Program-made: the position numbers and the translations under genes | From: Candidatus Babeliales bacterium | Lineage (GTDB): Bacteria > Babelota > Babeliae > Babelales > Vermiphilaceae | Length of the DNA stretch: 64,000 bases | Reading direction: 5' to 3' | Assembly (NCBI GenBank): GCA_963743635.1 | Contig: CAVUQO010000002.1 | Coordinates: forward strand, 320,001 to 384,000 | Notes under the pieces: generated by a model | The model's input: the letters and a program-made list of their open reading frames with translations, nothing else | The model's database searches: none | Told to the model about the DNA's origin: nothing | In this document: one piece after another, positions 1 through 9,432 of the stretch | How the letters are laid out: every line of letters starts with the position of its first letter | Numbering within the stretch: the first letter of the stretch is position 1

Positions 1-139
1 TTCTATGATGTAATTGCCATTTAATTTCTTAACCCTACTCACACCAAAAAAGAATCTATAAACCCGTTCGTCGTGAGATGTTTCGATCCATTAGGAGCGA
101 AATGTATCGAATGATTGAAAAGAACGGGATATATAAAAA

Positions 140-565
140 CTATTGATTATCGTCTTGTTGCTCTTGCCATCGACGATAGCGGACTTCTTGTTTTTCTAAG
201 TCCTTCAGACATTTTTCACTTTGTGCAATTCTTTTTTCTATATCATGTACATGATTTGCATCCTCTTCAGAAAGAATGGCAGCTGCATGTTCTTGACGGT
301 ACTCTTCCCAACGGGCCCATTGCAGGAGATCTTGTGCTTGCATTTGAAAAGCTTCCTTGCACAATTTGTGCTCTGCGACTGGACGCCCTTCGGTTATGAG
401 AGGGGTCATCATTAAACCGCACACCGCAGTAAGATAACAGCATGCTTTTACTGCATTGCCGTAGGCATTCGTAGATGATTTAGTTTTCGCAGTTTCCATT
501 TGCATAGCGTGCATGTGTGAAGTGCAGAGCGCAAAGGCCATGAGGCCGATTAATAGTTTTTTCAT
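140..565 (-). CDS. Secreted orphan protein (signal peptide ending HMHA|MQ), coiled-coil C-terminus
   Basis: ORF with MKK-hydrophobic-AxA N-terminus; AGGA RBS upstream. Confidence 0.75.
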   Translation of the reverse strand: MKKLLIGLMAFALCTSHMHAMQMETAKTKSSTNAYGNAVKACCYLTAVCGLMMTPLITEGRPVAEHKLCKEAFQMQAQDLLQWARWEEYRQEHAAAILSEEDANHVHDIEKRIAQSEKCLKDLEKQEVRYRRWQEQQDDNQ

Positions 566-614
566 TGGGTATTCCTATAGTGAATTTATCACGCCATAGC
601 GAAGCGACGGCGGA

Positions 615-1139
615 TTAATTTTTTTGATCTTTATCAGTGTTGTGTTGCTTTTGTGCGGACCGGTTGCTTGCATCTAATAATGCCTGTGTGTATGGATCTA
701 ATAATGCATAAGATGCTTGAATCCGTTTTTCGACCGCGTCGCCATAGATATAGCGATCTGCTAACGCAACTGCATCATCGATGGTTGCATGCCCCTTATG
801 ATCGATTTGCTCGAAATGCTGGAGAGCTCTTAATTTAACGTCTTCAGGTAAGTATTGAATACCTCTACGCAACACATCCCATGGAGAAGATGCCGTGGCC
901 CCTTCCCTTGGCCCTCTTATTCCAGCCAATCTCTCACCGGTAAGGTCAAAATCACTTTCCCCTACTATTTGAGGACGCATGTCAGAATTAATGCCAGGCA
1001 CTTCTCTCAAAAGATATGGTTTGTCTGCATCATTGCCATTCTCCCCATCCTTACCAATATTTAGTGGATTACCACTTCCCGCAACCATGCACAATGGCAT
1101 CATGAGTGCTGCGATAAAGATTTTTCTTAGATTATTCAT
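615..1139 (-). CDS. Secreted orphan protein
   Basis: Signal-peptide-like N-terminus, co-oriented in tandem cluster. Confidence 0.7.
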   Translation of the reverse strand: MNNLRKIFIAALMMPLCMVAGSGNPLNIGKDGENGNDADKPYLLREVPGINSDMRPQIVGESDFDLTGERLAGIRGPREGATASSPWDVLRRGIQYLPEDVKLRALQHFEQIDHKGHATIDDAVALADRYIYGDAVEKRIQASYALLDPYTQALLDASNRSAQKQHNTDKDQKN

Positions 1140-1146
1140 GTGAGTC

Positions 1147-1623
1147 CTATTGGTTTGATGAAAAATAATTAATCCAGCTTTGTACGTAGGCTATGGTGCG
1201 CGTAGTAAGAGTGGGCGTTTCTTGAACGGGAACGCTTGGTGCTTTTGTGACATCATTGTTCGCTTGTTCCCACTGTCTCAAAGTTCCAGGATTCCAGCTG
1301 ATCAATTGGCGTGCAGTGTTGAAACTATCCTGAAATTTTAATTGCTCTCGTTGATAGATATTTCTTGCGAGAGCGTGACATCTTTCTTGTTCCTCTTCAC
1401 TCATATGCTGACTGGATTCGTTTTCGTTAACATCCAAGGGTTCAGGAGGAACCGCCATCTGGCGTGCTGTATTAAAACTCATCGATGCGGGAAGATGCCC
1501 AATTGCAACTCGTTCACCTTGCGCATTTGTGCGGAACATTACTACTGAACTGAGACCAGATCTATCCATTGCGTGCAGGTGATGCGCTGCTATGAGCAAT
1601 ATGGTACATAATAGTTTTTTCAT
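1147..1623 (-). CDS. Secreted orphan protein (HLHA|MD)
   Basis: Signal peptide; short internal repeat SFNTARQ x2. Confidence 0.75.
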   Translation of the reverse strand: MKKLLCTILLIAAHHLHAMDRSGLSSVVMFRTNAQGERVAIGHLPASMSFNTARQMAVPPEPLDVNENESSQHMSEEEQERCHALARNIYQREQLKFQDSFNTARQLISWNPGTLRQWEQANNDVTKAPSVPVQETPTLTTRTIAYVQSWINYFSSNQ

Positions 1624-1710
1624 ACGATTTCCTTCTCATATGGTGATTGATAATTCTTCTTTCGTTTGCCCTGAGTATTTCGAGCCGACAGCGAGAAATG
1701 TGTCGAAGGG

Positions 1711-2601
1711 TTACTCAATTGAACCATAGTGAGCCACGCGTTTATCAGCATTCGCTTCATGCCAAAATGCTGCGTAACGATCTTGAGCACCGGGTTTGCT
1801 TGGTGAAAAATGCCAGTATTCATTGTGATAATTAGTGAGTCCTGCGAGTGCAGCAGCCATTTGCAAATAGAGGCGGTTACGTTTTTGAGTATCGGAAATA
1901 TCTTCTGAATAGGTTGGCACTGATGGATTTGCTCCCCAAATCACGCCAAATTTCCCAAGATCAAGATACTCTTTTTTCTTTTCATTCCATAAACGAAAAT
2001 CGATTGCTGCTCCGGTAGAATGCACGGGCACATTATTCTTAACCGGTGAAACCCATTTTGATGTTTCAGCGTCTGCTTGTTCGTCTGTCATTCCCATATT
2101 GGCCGCCATAATTTCAGCCTTTTTGTTATTGAAGAGCATCTCTTGCGTTTTTAAATCGCGCAATCCTTCAAATACTTTAATGGAAACTTCCGCAGGTTCA
2201 TAGCCAAAATGGGGCGATAATGTATCGAGATTTGGAATCATTGCCGCTACGGATGCATACACCGTTTTACGTACTTTCGATGCACTTGGTAATCCAGAGT
2301 TGCATGCATCGCTTTCAAAGGGGGTTGCAGGATCCGGCATCATCGTAATGCGTGGATTGTGGATTTCTCGTACGTCTACGAGTGATTCATGATTTTCTAC
2401 TATGGGTATGCTTCTTACGTCAGGGTGGGCGATGGCCGGAGCTTCACCGCGTGCAAATGCAGCTTGTTGGCGTTTAATAATTTCCAAGGCAGGGTATTGC
2501 TCAAAAAGAGGTTGATATTTTTGGAATAGTTCCGGCCAAGACATTGCTAGTGCATCAGAGTGCGTTGCCATAACGAGTGCTAAAAGAGCTATTTTTTTCA
2601 T
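1711..2601 (-). CDS. Secreted D-Ala-D-Ala dipeptidase-like Zn peptidase (M15D/VanX family)
   Basis: Motifs EGLR, HSTGAAID, EYWHFS; start taken at MKKIALL (ORF track extends to 2625). Confidence 0.85.
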   Translation of the reverse strand: MKKIALLALVMATHSDALAMSWPELFQKYQPLFEQYPALEIIKRQQAAFARGEAPAIAHPDVRSIPIVENHESLVDVREIHNPRITMMPDPATPFESDACNSGLPSASKVRKTVYASVAAMIPNLDTLSPHFGYEPAEVSIKVFEGLRDLKTQEMLFNNKKAEIMAANMGMTDEQADAETSKWVSPVKNNVPVHSTGAAIDFRLWNEKKKEYLDLGKFGVIWGANPSVPTYSEDISDTQKRNRLYLQMAAALAGLTNYHNEYWHFSPSKPGAQDRYAAFWHEANADKRVAHYGSIE

Positions 2602-2665
2602 GGTTAATTCAGTTGTTCTTATCATAGTAATTCCTTATGTTTGGAGTTTTTCGTGGTTTTAATTG

Positions 2666-3427
2666 CTATCGATTTATGCCATGAAGGCGTAGAGTTTGAA
2701 TCATTCTTTGTTTTTGTTCTTCATTCCAGTCAGTGCTCTGCACAATATTGGTTTCGATAATCTGTTGCTCCCCATTTGAAAGCTCTGGAACCTCATGCAA
2801 CATCTCTTCCAGCAGCTCTGGATACGAAGCATGGTTGGTACGACATACACCTAAACGATGCACAAAATTTCCATGCCGCATTAAGGTGCGTATTATTGCA
2901 ATATCGCACCAATTGACTGCTGCCTGAAATGCATGTTCACTGACGGGATGTCCCGCCTCTAAAAGCACGTCTATTGTGTCGCTGATTTGTAATGGATCGC
3001 CATTATGCTTGCTGGCAGCAAATGCTGCATCTATTAGAAGATCTTTTTGCTCGCCGAAGCATATTTCAAGATCATAACGAGCGCCTGCCTTAAGCAACAC
3101 TCTTGCTACCTCTGCGTGAAAATTACGCACCGCAAGGCCAAGTGCCGTACTTCGAAAGCCAAAGGATTGATATGTTGCATCAACTGATGCATCGGCAATA
3201 ATCAACGCTTGCGTTATATCCGCATGGCCCAGATAGGCAGCCCTATGTAATGGTGTCCGACCATATGTATCTTTGGTATTAACTAAACTTGGAAATTGCC
3301 TGATGAAGTCATACACATCCCGCGTATTTGCATTGTGTGCCTCTATAAGATTATGCAAAGGTCCAGCGCATAGGTTGCCTGTACTGAGCATGAGAAGAAG
3401 CGTATATAGAGATTGTATTCCTTTCAT
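2666..3427 (-). CDS. Secreted ankyrin-repeat protein
   Basis: GRTPLHRAAYLGHADITQALI and TALGLAVRNFHAEVARVLLKAGA ankyrin consensus; signal peptide. Confidence 0.85.
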   Translation of the reverse strand: MKGIQSLYTLLLMLSTGNLCAGPLHNLIEAHNANTRDVYDFIRQFPSLVNTKDTYGRTPLHRAAYLGHADITQALIIADASVDATYQSFGFRSTALGLAVRNFHAEVARVLLKAGARYDLEICFGEQKDLLIDAAFAASKHNGDPLQISDTIDVLLEAGHPVSEHAFQAAVNWCDIAIIRTLMRHGNFVHRLGVCRTNHASYPELLEEMLHEVPELSNGEQQIIETNIVQSTDWNEEQKQRMIQTLRLHGINR

Positions 3428-3626
3428 ATGAATCTTTCAGGTAAAAAGTGATATTTTCTATCATTATAGTATAGGTAAAACGCCTTTAAGTATGCTAGCA
3501 ATGGACGAAAAAGTCCATTAAGCCTGCATTTCAGTGTGAGGTTAACTCTAGAAAAGGAGAGGGGGTTGTGATACTCTAAGGGATATAAAAGCCTATATTA
3601 ACAACCTATTTTAGGGGGCAACCCTG

Positions 3627-4211
3627 ATGAATTACACTAAATACTTAGCATTATCGTTAATTGCACTTTTAAGCTCGGCGCCGGTATCTGCTCGGCGGGG
3701 AGAATCTGCTGAAGAAAAAAAAGCTTCTCGAGAGAGACAGGCGAGCCATACGTCATTCTATAGTGCAGACCTGCGACACATTATCGAAAACGGAAGCAAC
3801 GGATTTTATGTTCACACTTTTGTTGCATCTCGCTCTTTTTCCTCTGATGAGCCGCGCGCTATGAGCAATAATAACGTTGCCAACGGGCAAAACACTCGCG
3901 CAGCGGCACGCAACGAATCTCGGCTCGTTCCTCGCATTATTCACCACTTTGTGGAATTAACTCCCCATCCTGTCACTGGTGACGTTCTTACGGTCGAGAC
4001 CAGCACGGTTGTTACCAGCAATGAAGGCAACATTGTCGTTGAACTTCCCGGTGTTTCCGATCCAGAAGAAGCAAAAACAATGATCGGTCATGAAATTATC
4101 CCACCGCGTGTTATCACTGCAAGAAGCGAAGACTGGATCCGTGCTCAAGAAATCATTGAGCTATTGGATAAACCGGCTGTTCAAATGCCAAAAATCGAAG
4201 ACGTAGATTAA
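3627..4211 (+). CDS. Secreted orphan protein ending MPKIEDVD
   Basis: Signal peptide (PVSA|R), AGGGGG RBS. Confidence 0.8.
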   Translation: MNYTKYLALSLIALLSSAPVSARRGESAEEKKASRERQASHTSFYSADLRHIIENGSNGFYVHTFVASRSFSSDEPRAMSNNNVANGQNTRAAARNESRLVPRIIHHFVELTPHPVTGDVLTVETSTVVTSNEGNIVVELPGVSDPEEAKTMIGHEIIPPRVITARSEDWIRAQEIIELLDKPAVQMPKIEDVD

Positions 4212-4243
4212 AAATTAGAATGGTAACCATTCAGGGGGGCACT

Positions 4244-5281
4244 ATGAAAAAATATATGAGATTTATGCTCAGCTTGATGCTGTGCGCAGGGTTTTTGCAG
4301 CCAACGTTGCAGGCAGTCCCATCCGAAACGTGCGCAAAATGGGTAGCGCGCGGTGCTACACTTATATACTGGAATTTTTTGATGGGCCCAGCATTTGATA
4401 AAGCACTTGGTGCGATGAATTTACGTGTCGCTCGCAGCCATATAGATGAGCGGGCGTGTGATTTACAAGACATCGCTCCCGAATCGTATGCTGAAATTCA
4501 AAATATTTTACGCCAGGAAGGGTTGCCTGGATTAGATGGATATACTATCAAAAAGGCACCTAAAAATTCATCCGGATGCGAATGGGCATATTTTGGGGGT
4601 AAAACTATCATTGCGCCATCGAATGCTTTTGTACCCCGTGACGAACATGAAGAGAGCTATGCATCATCTTCATCGGCCGCAGCGGTTCCTGTCGATAAAG
4701 GTAAGCGGTTTAAAATAGTTGATTGTGAAGAGGCTGCTGCAATATTATCCCATGAAATGGAACATGAACGCAGAAAACATATTGAAAAAAGAGTCTTGAT
4801 CTCAGCAGTAGTGCCCTTAATCGCTCATACAATAGGAAAAGCAATGGCGAGCCCTCAGGTTGCGGGTGCCGTTTACCCAAGCATAGGGCGATCATTATTG
4901 CGTATACCATACGCGCTTGCCATCGTTATGCCGGTCTATTGGTTAGATTTATGGTATTCAAGAAGAACTGAACGAGAAGCAGATGCGATTTTACAACGCA
5001 GTCCAAAGCTTGCCCAGAAGTTTAGTGAGTTTCTTAAAAAAGATTATGCTTCGGTTGATGGAAAATTCGAAGAATCTAAGAGCAGCGTGTGGGATAACGT
5101 TCATAATGGAAATCTCACGAATGTCGGCATTGTAGATAGAGTATTGGCTCCCAATTTGAGTAAGCCTCGTTATATCGCAGCGATCAAAGATATTCATGGC
5201 CTCACTCAGACTCATCCATGGTGCTCAGAGCGTATTGCATATTGTGAAAAATGGGCCAAGGAAAAAGATCAGTCGAAATAA
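4244..5281 (+). CDS. M48-family Zn metallopeptidase with signal peptide
   Basis: HEMEH zincin motif, SRRTEREAD third-ligand motif, THP motif. Confidence 0.85.
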   Translation: MKKYMRFMLSLMLCAGFLQPTLQAVPSETCAKWVARGATLIYWNFLMGPAFDKALGAMNLRVARSHIDERACDLQDIAPESYAEIQNILRQEGLPGLDGYTIKKAPKNSSGCEWAYFGGKTIIAPSNAFVPRDEHEESYASSSSAAAVPVDKGKRFKIVDCEEAAAILSHEMEHERRKHIEKRVLISAVVPLIAHTIGKAMASPQVAGAVYPSIGRSLLRIPYALAIVMPVYWLDLWYSRRTEREADAILQRSPKLAQKFSEFLKKDYASVDGKFEESKSSVWDNVHNGNLTNVGIVDRVLAPNLSKPRYIAAIKDIHGLTQTHPWCSERIAYCEKWAKEKDQSK

Positions 5282-5304
5282 TCATTGTTGTTATACAAAA
5301 AATG

Positions 5305-5333
5305 AAAACCCCTCAAATTTTGAGGGGTTTTTT
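5305..5333. terminator. Bidirectional intrinsic terminator
   Basis: aaaacccctcaa-attttgaggggtttt hairpin between convergent genes. Confidence 0.8.
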
Positions 5334-5340
5334 ATGGTGT

Positions 5341-5988
5341 TTACTTATGAACCGTAAATCGATCGGGGCAGATGATGCCGCCGGATATGATGAGTGCCAT
5401 TGCTTCTTGTCGGTTGAGTTGCGTGATGGAGATTTTACTCTCAGGAACGATGATGAAAAAGCCGGTGGTGGGGTTGGGAGTTGTCGGTACGAAGACATTG
5501 AAGTATTTGATGTTGGTGTGTGGCGTGAGCGCCTGAGGCATTTCACCGCTCAGAAAACCGATGCTGTAAACGCCTTCGAGCGGAAATTCGAGCATGACTA
5601 CTTGTTTGAAGGTGACCTTATCTTGCGATGAGAATGCACCAACCAATTGTTTGATGCCGCCATAAATAGGGCGCACAAGCGGAAGTCTGAGAATGAACGA
5701 TTCGGCATAATCTATTAAAGTTCGCAAAACAAACACTTGCATGATGGCGCCAATGGCGAGAATGATCGCAATCGCGAGAAGAATTTCATAATGAGGAATT
5801 GTGCTTAAAACCGGTATTTCAAGCGTTTGTAATGGCGCAAGCCACTTTTTTATTTGCCCAAAAGAGAAGTTGAAAATAACGATGGTCAGAATGACGGGTA
5901 AGATCGTGAATAAACCGCTCAGGAATAATGACCAAATCGTGCGAAGAACGCGCATAATGGTTTCATGGATAGGAGTTAGCATACTCAT
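5341..5988 (-). CDS. DUF502 family membrane protein
   Basis: LPLVRPIYGGIKQ and VFVPTTPNPTTGF signatures. Confidence 0.9.
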   Translation of the reverse strand: MSMLTPIHETIMRVLRTIWSLFLSGLFTILPVILTIVIFNFSFGQIKKWLAPLQTLEIPVLSTIPHYEILLAIAIILAIGAIMQVFVLRTLIDYAESFILRLPLVRPIYGGIKQLVGAFSSQDKVTFKQVVMLEFPLEGVYSIGFLSGEMPQALTPHTNIKYFNVFVPTTPNPTTGFFIIVPESKISITQLNRQEAMALIISGGIICPDRFTVHK

Positions 5989-5990
5989 TC

Positions 5991-7328
5991 CTATTGGTTA
6001 AGGACTTTGGAAAGTTTTTGTGATAATGCCGTGCCGATAAAGGTAGCGTGTTCAAGTGTATCATCTTCAATCATGATGCGTAAGAGATTTTCAGTTCCCG
6101 AGTATCTAATGACGCATCTACCGGCATGTAGTTGATTTTCATAGTCACGAATGATGGTCGAAAACGGGGGAGTTGAGAGATCCTTTTTTTCCAATACGGG
6201 GACATTGATGAGTATTTGTGGATAGGGGCTGAAGGTTTTCATAGCCCAATTGCCATTCAGGCATAAGGTTTCGAGTAATCTGAGGGCAATGAAAATGCCA
6301 TCGCCGGTATTAAGATAGTCCCGCACGATAATGTGTCCTGATTGTTCGCCGCCGAGCAGCAAATTATGCGTTTCTAAAGCCAGTGCAACGTGCTTATCAC
6401 CCACATTGGTGCGCAATAATGTTTTTCCGCGTTGTGCGAGAAAATGAGCAAAGCCATGATTACTCATGCTGGTACCGACTACTTGAGGTGTATCTTGGTA
6501 GCGCGGATGATCGAGCAACAATGCGAGGATGGTGTCTCCATTGTGGATGGTGCCATCTGCACCGACGGCTACCACGCGATCTCCATCGCCATCAAACGCA
6601 AATCCCGCGTCAGCGCGATGTCCGACGACTGCCTGCGCCAACAGTTCGGGATGCAATGCGCCGCATCCTTGGTTGATATTGATGCCGTTTGGCGTACCGT
6701 GCAGCATGTGCGTGGTTGCGCCGAGTTGCTGAAAGATGGTTTGTGCGACGGTATGCGTTGCGCCCTGTGCACAATCAAGTACGATCGTTTTTCCCGCAAG
6801 CACATTATGGGGAAAAAGACTCATGATATGCGCGATGTAATCATGCGCTGCAGTGTGATAGAAAAAGCGGGAACCAAGATTGTTATAATCAATCGCAGGT
6901 GGCGTTGCATCATAAAAAAATTGCGTAATCATCTGCTCATCAGCTTCTGAAATTTTGCCATGTTTGCGAATGATTTTGATGCCATTATCGTGATACGGAT
7001 TATGTGATGCGGATATGATAATGCCGCAATCAATATCATCTTGAATGTGCGCAAGCAGACAGACTGCAGGCGTTGGGAGCGTGTGCGCATCACGTAATGT
7101 AACGGGATGTTGCAGCAAACCGCTTTCAAGCGCGCTTAACACCCATGAACATGAAATGCGTGTATCATGCGCAATGATGATGCGCGGGCGATGCGCGTGC
7201 GTTTGCAATGCCCAGCGTGCAATAGCTGCACCGAGTCGTGGTAAATCGTGGAGGGTGAATGGCATGTGGCCGACGCGATTGCGAATCCCATCGGTGCCAA
7301 ATAAATTGCATATCGGTGTGTTTTGCAT
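5991..7328 (-). CDS. glmM: Phosphoglucosamine mutase
   Basis: FGTDGIR, ISASHNP, FDGDGDR, GGEQSGH, RYSGTE; downstream of cdaA-cdaR. Confidence 0.93.
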   Translation of the reverse strand: MQNTPICNLFGTDGIRNRVGHMPFTLHDLPRLGAAIARWALQTHAHRPRIIIAHDTRISCSWVLSALESGLLQHPVTLRDAHTLPTPAVCLLAHIQDDIDCGIIISASHNPYHDNGIKIIRKHGKISEADEQMITQFFYDATPPAIDYNNLGSRFFYHTAAHDYIAHIMSLFPHNVLAGKTIVLDCAQGATHTVAQTIFQQLGATTHMLHGTPNGININQGCGALHPELLAQAVVGHRADAGFAFDGDGDRVVAVGADGTIHNGDTILALLLDHPRYQDTPQVVGTSMSNHGFAHFLAQRGKTLLRTNVGDKHVALALETHNLLLGGEQSGHIIVRDYLNTGDGIFIALRLLETLCLNGNWAMKTFSPYPQILINVPVLEKKDLSTPPFSTIIRDYENQLHAGRCVIRYSGTENLLRIMIEDDTLEHATFIGTALSQKLSKVLNQ

Positions 7329-7427
7329 GTCTGATCTGAAGCCCTTATTAGAGTTGTTATGTTATGCACTAAAGGATACATAATTTAGAATAATCTTGAA
7401 ATGAATGGTTTAAATAATTGCATAGAA

Positions 7428-8021
7428 TTATTTGTTACATTTTAGTGAAGGCTTTTCCAAGATACTCAAAATGCTCTCTGATTGTTGTATCCATTGCTGA
7501 GCCATTTCTATCGTTAGTTCATGAACTACTATTGGATTATAATTCGCTGCATATTCATCAAAACTAAAATAATTTTCAGATGGTTCAGGGTCTGAAAAAA
7601 GCCATGGGTAGGTGTAAGATATTTCTAAATAAATTTTGTTATTCCTTGTATAGAGCCATGTTTGTATTTTTGAAGGTGAGGACCATAGCCATAAAGGTTT
7701 ATAATCAATGTCATTATTATTGTTTTGTTCATCAAAGCTAAATGACAGGCTTGCCTGACCTAGCTCTATAGAAGATGGGAGTATCTGTTTGTTAATAAGA
7801 GCATGAGTTAAGATGTTTTTTAACATTTCGAAACACAATCCTACAGCATCTTCAAAGAGTGTTGTTTCGATACCACTATTACAGTAGATTATCGTAACAA
7901 TATCATAGATATGTAATCGTTCTGTTGGTGGATAATAATAGTTATCCTTGTGAGGAAATTCCGGAACCAAAATATCGATGTAGGCATTGTCATTTATTGT
8001 GAATCGAGTGATTGAGATCAT
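7428..8021 (-). CDS. Putative immunity protein of upstream Hint-toxin
   Basis: AT-rich, acidic/aromatic orphan; ATGA overlap with toxin stop. Confidence 0.6.
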   Translation of the reverse strand: MISITRFTINDNAYIDILVPEFPHKDNYYYPPTERLHIYDIVTIIYCNSGIETTLFEDAVGLCFEMLKNILTHALINKQILPSSIELGQASLSFSFDEQNNNNDIDYKPLWLWSSPSKIQTWLYTRNNKIYLEISYTYPWLFSDPEPSENYFSFDEYAANYNPIVVHELTIEMAQQWIQQSESILSILEKPSLKCNK

Positions 8022-8965
8022 AAAATTTTACCTTTTTTGTTTACCAAATTTGCCTTGATTAAAGCCGATTTCATGGCGTCTGTTAATTCTTTCCACGTGC
8101 GAACATGACCGTGAAATAATCCGTTTGCATGGCTATCTAATACGACGAGTTCTCCCTCGCTTATGCCTAATCTTCTACTTGAGCTTTGCGATATTTGTAT
8201 TGAATTATCCAATGCTTGTTGGCCGTTGCGAGGAGCTGGATTTTTTGTTCCTTGGCTATTTGCATGGTGGTAAGGGGCATTTTCATAGGTGCCATGGGGG
8301 TGCTTTTTCTTGTTTGGATCTTCAGGAGGTATGCCAGGGCAATTGTAGATCGGTTCAAGATTTGTGTTTTGAGCTTGGTTTTTTTGCTGATTATTTTTAA
8401 ATAGCTTTAGACCCATTAATCCAAGTACAAAAACCAATGTTTGCATCGCAATGGGGCTTTCCCAAGCGAGAGGAATAGCAAGAGCGGGAGCGAAATTGTG
8501 CACTACAAGTTCATCGTTTGTTATTAAAAAATTGTGAGGTGATTCCAATGAGATATCATAGGCGTGCATTTCCTGCGTGCTATATGTGCATGCAATGCAT
8601 TCAATGGTAGTCCCAGAACTGTTCATAAAATGAGATTCAGTGCCAATATCAGCAGCGGCTATCCATACACCTATTATCGGATCGTATAATTTTTGAGATG
8701 GAGAAGTGTAAAACTGTGTCGTGGGTGTTGTTATCCTATAACTGCCAGCAACTTTTTTAGAAGTTCTTTGTATAATGCGATTTTCGATAAGTCTGCCATC
8801 GGCAAAGGATAAGACTGTATCATCAACATTGAGCTGTTCAATTGGTATCAGTCCCCGAGGTGTTTTGACCAAGGTGCCTTCAATGAGGGCTGAAAAAATC
8901 GGCTGGGTTAATAGTAAGGTTACACTCAATACTACTGCGTAGTATTTGAATACAGTCCTTTTCAT
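8018..8965 (-). CDS. Polymorphic toxin: signal peptide + pretoxin Hint domain + C-terminal putative toxin
   Basis: Hint blocks ALIEGTLVKTPRGLIPIEQL...YDISLESPHNFLI...VVHN (aa 26-157); basic C-terminal domain with YHH and FHGHVRTW. Confidence 0.8.
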   Translation of the reverse strand: MKRTVFKYYAVVLSVTLLLTQPIFSALIEGTLVKTPRGLIPIEQLNVDDTVLSFADGRLIENRIIQRTSKKVAGSYRITTPTTQFYTSPSQKLYDPIIGVWIAAADIGTESHFMNSSGTTIECIACTYSTQEMHAYDISLESPHNFLITNDELVVHNFAPALAIPLAWESPIAMQTLVFVLGLMGLKLFKNNQQKNQAQNTNLEPIYNCPGIPPEDPNKKKHPHGTYENAPYHHANSQGTKNPAPRNGQQALDNSIQISQSSSRRLGISEGELVVLDSHANGLFHGHVRTWKELTDAMKSALIKANLVNKKGKIL

Positions 8966-8967
8966 AA

Positions 8968-9432
8968 TTAGGCCTGCTCATCAGAACTCTTGTCCGACGT
9001 AGCCTGAGCTAAAACGGAATTGGTGTGTGGTACACTGATAGAAAGATTTTGCGGGTTATCATTGTATGAAATAAGAATGTTTGATGGTGCATAGTGTACC
9101 ATTTTGATCGCATCTGGTACAAATAACTGTTCATTTTTTACGACACATTGATTGCTTCCGGTATGCAACGTTGAACCATCAACATGGATTGCAAGATTAT
9201 CAAGATCAAGATTGTAAAAATCCTGCAATTTTCCAGCCAATTTGACTTTTACTTTTTCGGGTGCTTGAAATTGCGCTGATTCAGGCACATTGTAAACGCA
9301 CAGCGGCACATCAAGATCATAGGAAATCGTTTGCGATTGACTCCAGATAAACCAAAAGGTGTATCCCATGATGAGTGAAACTGCTTTAAGCGTGAGGTTG
9401 TTTGTGATTATTGTTTTGTTCAGATGCTTCAT
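8968..9432 (-). CDS. cdaR: CdaR/YbbR-like single-domain membrane protein
   Basis: NNLTLKAVSLIMGYTFW N-anchor, PEKVKVKLAG YbbR-like motif, position after cdaA. Confidence 0.75.
   Translation of the reverse strand: MKHLNKTIITNNLTLKAVSLIMGYTFWFIWSQSQTISYDLDVPLCVYNVPESAQFQAPEKVKVKLAGKLQDFYNLDLDNLAIHVDGSTLHTGSNQCVVKNEQLFVPDAIKMVHYAPSNILISYNDNPQNLSISVPHTNSVLAQATSDKSSDEQA

Noticed and set aside
6383..7383. Multiple antisense ORFs over glmM (similar ones over pcrA, fusA and ribosomal genes)
   Set aside because: Shadow ORFs of well-supported genes with no recognisable motifs
8495..8890. True intein in the Hint-containing ORF
   Set aside because: No N-terminal Cys/Ser nucleophile in register and +1 residue is Phe; splicing is implausible, so it fits a cleavage-only pretoxin Hint
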